63,297 nt of DNA, from NCBI RefSeq assembly GCF_020745735.1, contig NW_026867498.1:248704-312000 (forward strand). The letters run 5' to 3'. This DNA is from Hemiscyllium ocellatum. Taxonomy: Eukaryota. The notes under the pieces are model-generated. The model had not been told where the DNA came from. It did no database searches and was given only the letters and a program-made list of their open reading frames with translations. The translations under genes and the position numbers were made by a program. Shown one piece after another: positions 59,930 to 63,297 of the stretch. How positions within the stretch are numbered: the stretch's first letter is position 1; each line of letters begins with the position of its first letter.

Positions 59930-62900
59930 TGTCAACCTGGAGGGAGGGTATTGGAGGGAGTGGTTATGATCTCGATGAAGGCTATTGGATGGGGCAGCAT
60001 TGGGGATACTTGATTGGGTTGTGGGTTAGGTTGGAGGGGATTATTCAATTGAGCTTTAGGGTCTAGAGGGGTGGTATTTGATGGGGTCTGGGTTAGGGTC
60101 TCGGGGTATCCGATGGTGAGGTGGGAATGAGTCTGGAGGGGGTTATTGAATGGGGATTAGGGTCTGCATGGGTACTTAATGGGGTCTGTGTTCGGGCGGA
60201 GAGGGCAGTATTGGATAGGGGAGTTCGGGTTTTAGAGGGGTAGTGGTTAGAATGTAGAGGAGGCTACTGTTTGGGTGGTAGGTTTAGCTGTATGGGTTGG
60301 GTATTGGTTACGGGGTGGGTTAGAATCGAGGAGTTGGTATTGGGGAGTAGATTCAGGTCCAGGTATTGGATGGGAGTGGGTTAGGGTCGGGGGTTGGTAA
60401 TTGATTGGGGTGTGGGTTTGGGTCAGGGGTTTGACTATTGGATGGATGTGTTAGGGTCTGAGGGTTGGGTAGTGGTTGGAGATGAGTAGGTTCTAGGGGT
60501 TGGGTATTGGTTGGGGGGTGGGCTAGGGTTTAATGGGGTATTGGTTGGAGGTTGGGTTATGGTTGAGGGGTGGGTTATGGTGTAGGGGATATTGGTTGGG
60601 AGATGGGTTAGGGTCTAGGGTTGGGTTATTGGATGGAATGTGAGTTAGGGTCTAGGGGTGGCTGGTGCGTTATGGTCTAGGGGTTGGGTATTGTTTTGGG
60701 GTAGGCTAGGTCTAGCGATGGGGTATTGGTGGGTGGTGAGTGCTTGGGGGTTGGGTTTTAGTTGCGGGATGGGTTAGTGTCTAGTGGTTGGGTATTGGAT
60801 GGGGTTGTGTTAGGGTCAATGGATTGGCTATTATTTGGGGGGGGTTAGTGACTGGTGGTTTGGATATTGACTGGGGGTGGGTTGGAGTTTAGGAGTTGAG
60901 TATTGGCTGGGATTGGGTCAGAGTGTGTGGTTTGGGTATTGGCTGGGGGTTGTGTTACCATCTGTGTGTTGGTATTTGGTTGCCAGGCGGGTTAGGGTCT
61001 GTGTGTTGGGTATTGGATGGGGGATTGGGTTAGGGTCTTAGGGTTGGGTATTGGTTGGCGGCTAGGTCAGTGTGTTGGGGTTGTGTTCGGTTCTAGGGGT
61101 TAGGTATTGGATGGGGGTTGGGTTAGGATCTAATGGTTGAGTACTGTTTGGGGTCTGGGTTAGAGTCTAGGGGATTAGTATTAGTTGGGAGCTGGGTTAG
61201 GATCTGGAGTTGGATATTGGATGGGGGTGGGTTAGGGTCTAGGGGTTGGGTATTAGCTGGGGGCTGGGTGAGGGTCTATGGGTTGGGTATCAGTTGTGGG
61301 ATGAGTGAGGGTCTAGGAGCTGAATATTGGTTAGGGGTGGATCAGCGTCAACGGGTTAGGTATTGGTTGGGGTGGGCTATGGTCAAGGCATTGGGTATTG
61401 GTTTGGGCAGTGGGTTAGGGTCTAAGCATTGGGTATTGGTTTGGGGTGGGACCGGGTCTTGGTGTTAGGTTATGGTTGGAGTGATGGGTTAGGGCCTAGG
61501 CTTTGGATATTAGATGGGAGAATGGGTGAGGGTCTAGGTTTTGGATATTGGATGTAGGTGGGTTAAGGTCAAAGTGTTAGGTGTTGGTTGGGGTGATGGG
61601 TTAGGGTCTAGGATTTGGGTATTGGTTGAGACGTGGCTTAGGGTCTAGGGCTTGGGTGTTGGTTGTGGGTGAGAGTCAAAGGTTTATGTATGGTTGGGGG
61701 GTGGGTCAGGATCCATGAGTAGGATATTGGTTGGGTGTGTGTTAGGGTCTAGGGGAAGGTTATTGAATGAGGTTGGGTATTGGATGGGGGTGGGTTAGGG
61801 TCACGGGTTGGGTATTGGTTAGCAGTGGGCTAGGGTCTAGGCATTGGCATTGGTAGGGGGATGCATTCTGGTCTCAGTTTGGGTGTTGGTTGGGGAGTGT
61901 TACCATCTATGGGTTGGGGGTGGTTAGGGTCTAGGGTTTGGGTATTGGATGGAGGGTGGTTAGTGTTTAGGGGTTGGGATTTGGTTGGGGATGAATTAGG
62001 GTCAAGGGAATGGTTATAAATTAAGGAGTGTGTTAGGAGCTAGGGGTTGTGACAATTGGTTTGGGGTGGTTTAGGGTTTGGGTATTAGATGGGGGTGGGT
62101 TAAGGTCTAGGGTTTGGGACTTGGTGAAGGTGGGTTAGGGTCTAGGGTTTGGGAATTAGTGAAGGTGGGTTGGGGTCTAGGGGTTGGGCATTGGAGGGGG
62201 TGGGTTAGGGTCTAGGGTTGGGAATTGGAGGGGGTGGGTTAGGGTCTAGGGTTGGGAATTGGAGGGGGTGGGTTAGGGTCTAGGGGTTGGCAATTGGAGG
62301 GGATGGATTGGGGTCTAGGGGTTGGCAATTGGAAGTGGGTGGGTTAGGGTCTAGGGTTTGGGAATTGGAGGGGGTGGGTTGAGGTCTAGGGGTTGGGAAT
62401 TGGGGGCGGGTTAGAGTCTAGGGGTGGGGAATTGGAGGGGGTGGGTTGAGGTCTAGGGGTTGGGAATTGGGGGTGGGTTAGAGTCTAGGGGTGGGGAATT
62501 GGAGGGGGTGGATTAAAGCCTAGGGGTTGGGAATTGGGGTGGGTTAGGGTCTGGGAGGGGGAATTGGAGGGGGTGGATTAGGGTCTAGGTGTTGGGAATT
62601 GGAGGGGGTGGATTAGGGTGTAAAGGGGGTATTGGATTGGGAGTTGGTTAGGGTGTAGAGGTGGTGTTGGATTGGGAGTGGGTTAGGGTGTAGAGGGGGT
62701 GGTTAGGGTGTGGAGGGGGTATTGGATTGGGAGTGGGTTAGGGTGTGGAGGGGATATTGGATTGGGAGTGGGTTAAGGTACAGAGTGGTATTGGATTGGA
62801 GGTGGTTAGGGTGTGGAGGGGGTATTGGATTGGGAGTGGGTTAGGGTGTGGGGGGGTATTGGATTGCGGGTGGGTTAGGGTGTAGAGGGGGTATTGGTTG

Positions 62901-63297
62901 GAGGGGAAGGTTAGGGACTTGGGGATGGGAATTAGATTGGGGTGGGTTAGGGTGTAGAGGGGGTATTGTATTGGGAGTGGGTTAGGGTGTAGAGGGGGTA
63001 TTGGTTGGGGGAAGGATAGGGTCTAGGGTTTGGGTATTGGTTCGGAGAGTGGGTTAGGGTTTAGGGGTGTATTGGATGGGGGTGGGTTAGGGTCTGGGGA
63101 TATTGGTTGGGACAGAGGGTTAGGGTCTGGGGGTATTGGATGGAGGTGGGTTAGGATCTAGGGTTTGGGTATCGGTTGGGAGAGTGGGATAGGGTCTAGG
63201 GGTGTATTGGATGGGGGTGGGTTAGGGTCTAGGGTTTGGGTATCAGTTGGGAGAGTGGGTTAGGGTCTAGGGGTGTATTGGATGGGGGTGGGTTAGG
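59930..63297. repeat. Degenerate ~35-bp G-rich repeat containing GGGTTAGGG
   Basis: GGGTTAGGGTCTAGGGGTTGGGTATTGGATGGGGGT-like units continuing to the window end. Confidence 0.9.

Noticed and set aside
59930-63297. Ig class-switch region
   Set aside because: G-rich on the sense strand, but AGCT/WGCW AID hotspots are scarce and it lies downstream of C exons; no support beyond composition.

Overview
This is eukaryotic DNA, by inference from an elasmobranch (shark-type HE1 SINEs, CR1 LINEs, MEKPEES-type C2H2 genes). Left part (1-43.4 kb): a duplicated array of effector-less C2H2 zinc-finger units, with three intact ORFs (7, 14 and 4 fingers), one truncated copy and about six copies of a shared promoter/first-exon module. 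The array also carries two dead copies of a captured QSOX promoter+exon 1. It is riddled with CR1, Rex1, SINEs and Penelope-like elements bearing minimal hammerhead ribozymes, and contains a decayed LTR retrovirus-like element (LTR, tRNA-Ser PBS, gag, pro). Right part (43.4-63.3 kb): mostly G/C-skewed minisatellites, hiding four in-phase exons of an apparently intact Ig-superfamily gene: split leader, a single-exon germline-joined V(J) domain, and two C1 domains. No RSS is visible and no TM or terminal exon lies inside the window. This non-rearranging antigen-receptor-like gene (UrIg-like or a new relative) is the most interesting signal. Transposon-fragment boundaries are read by eye and approximate; family assignments come from motif recognition, not database searches.
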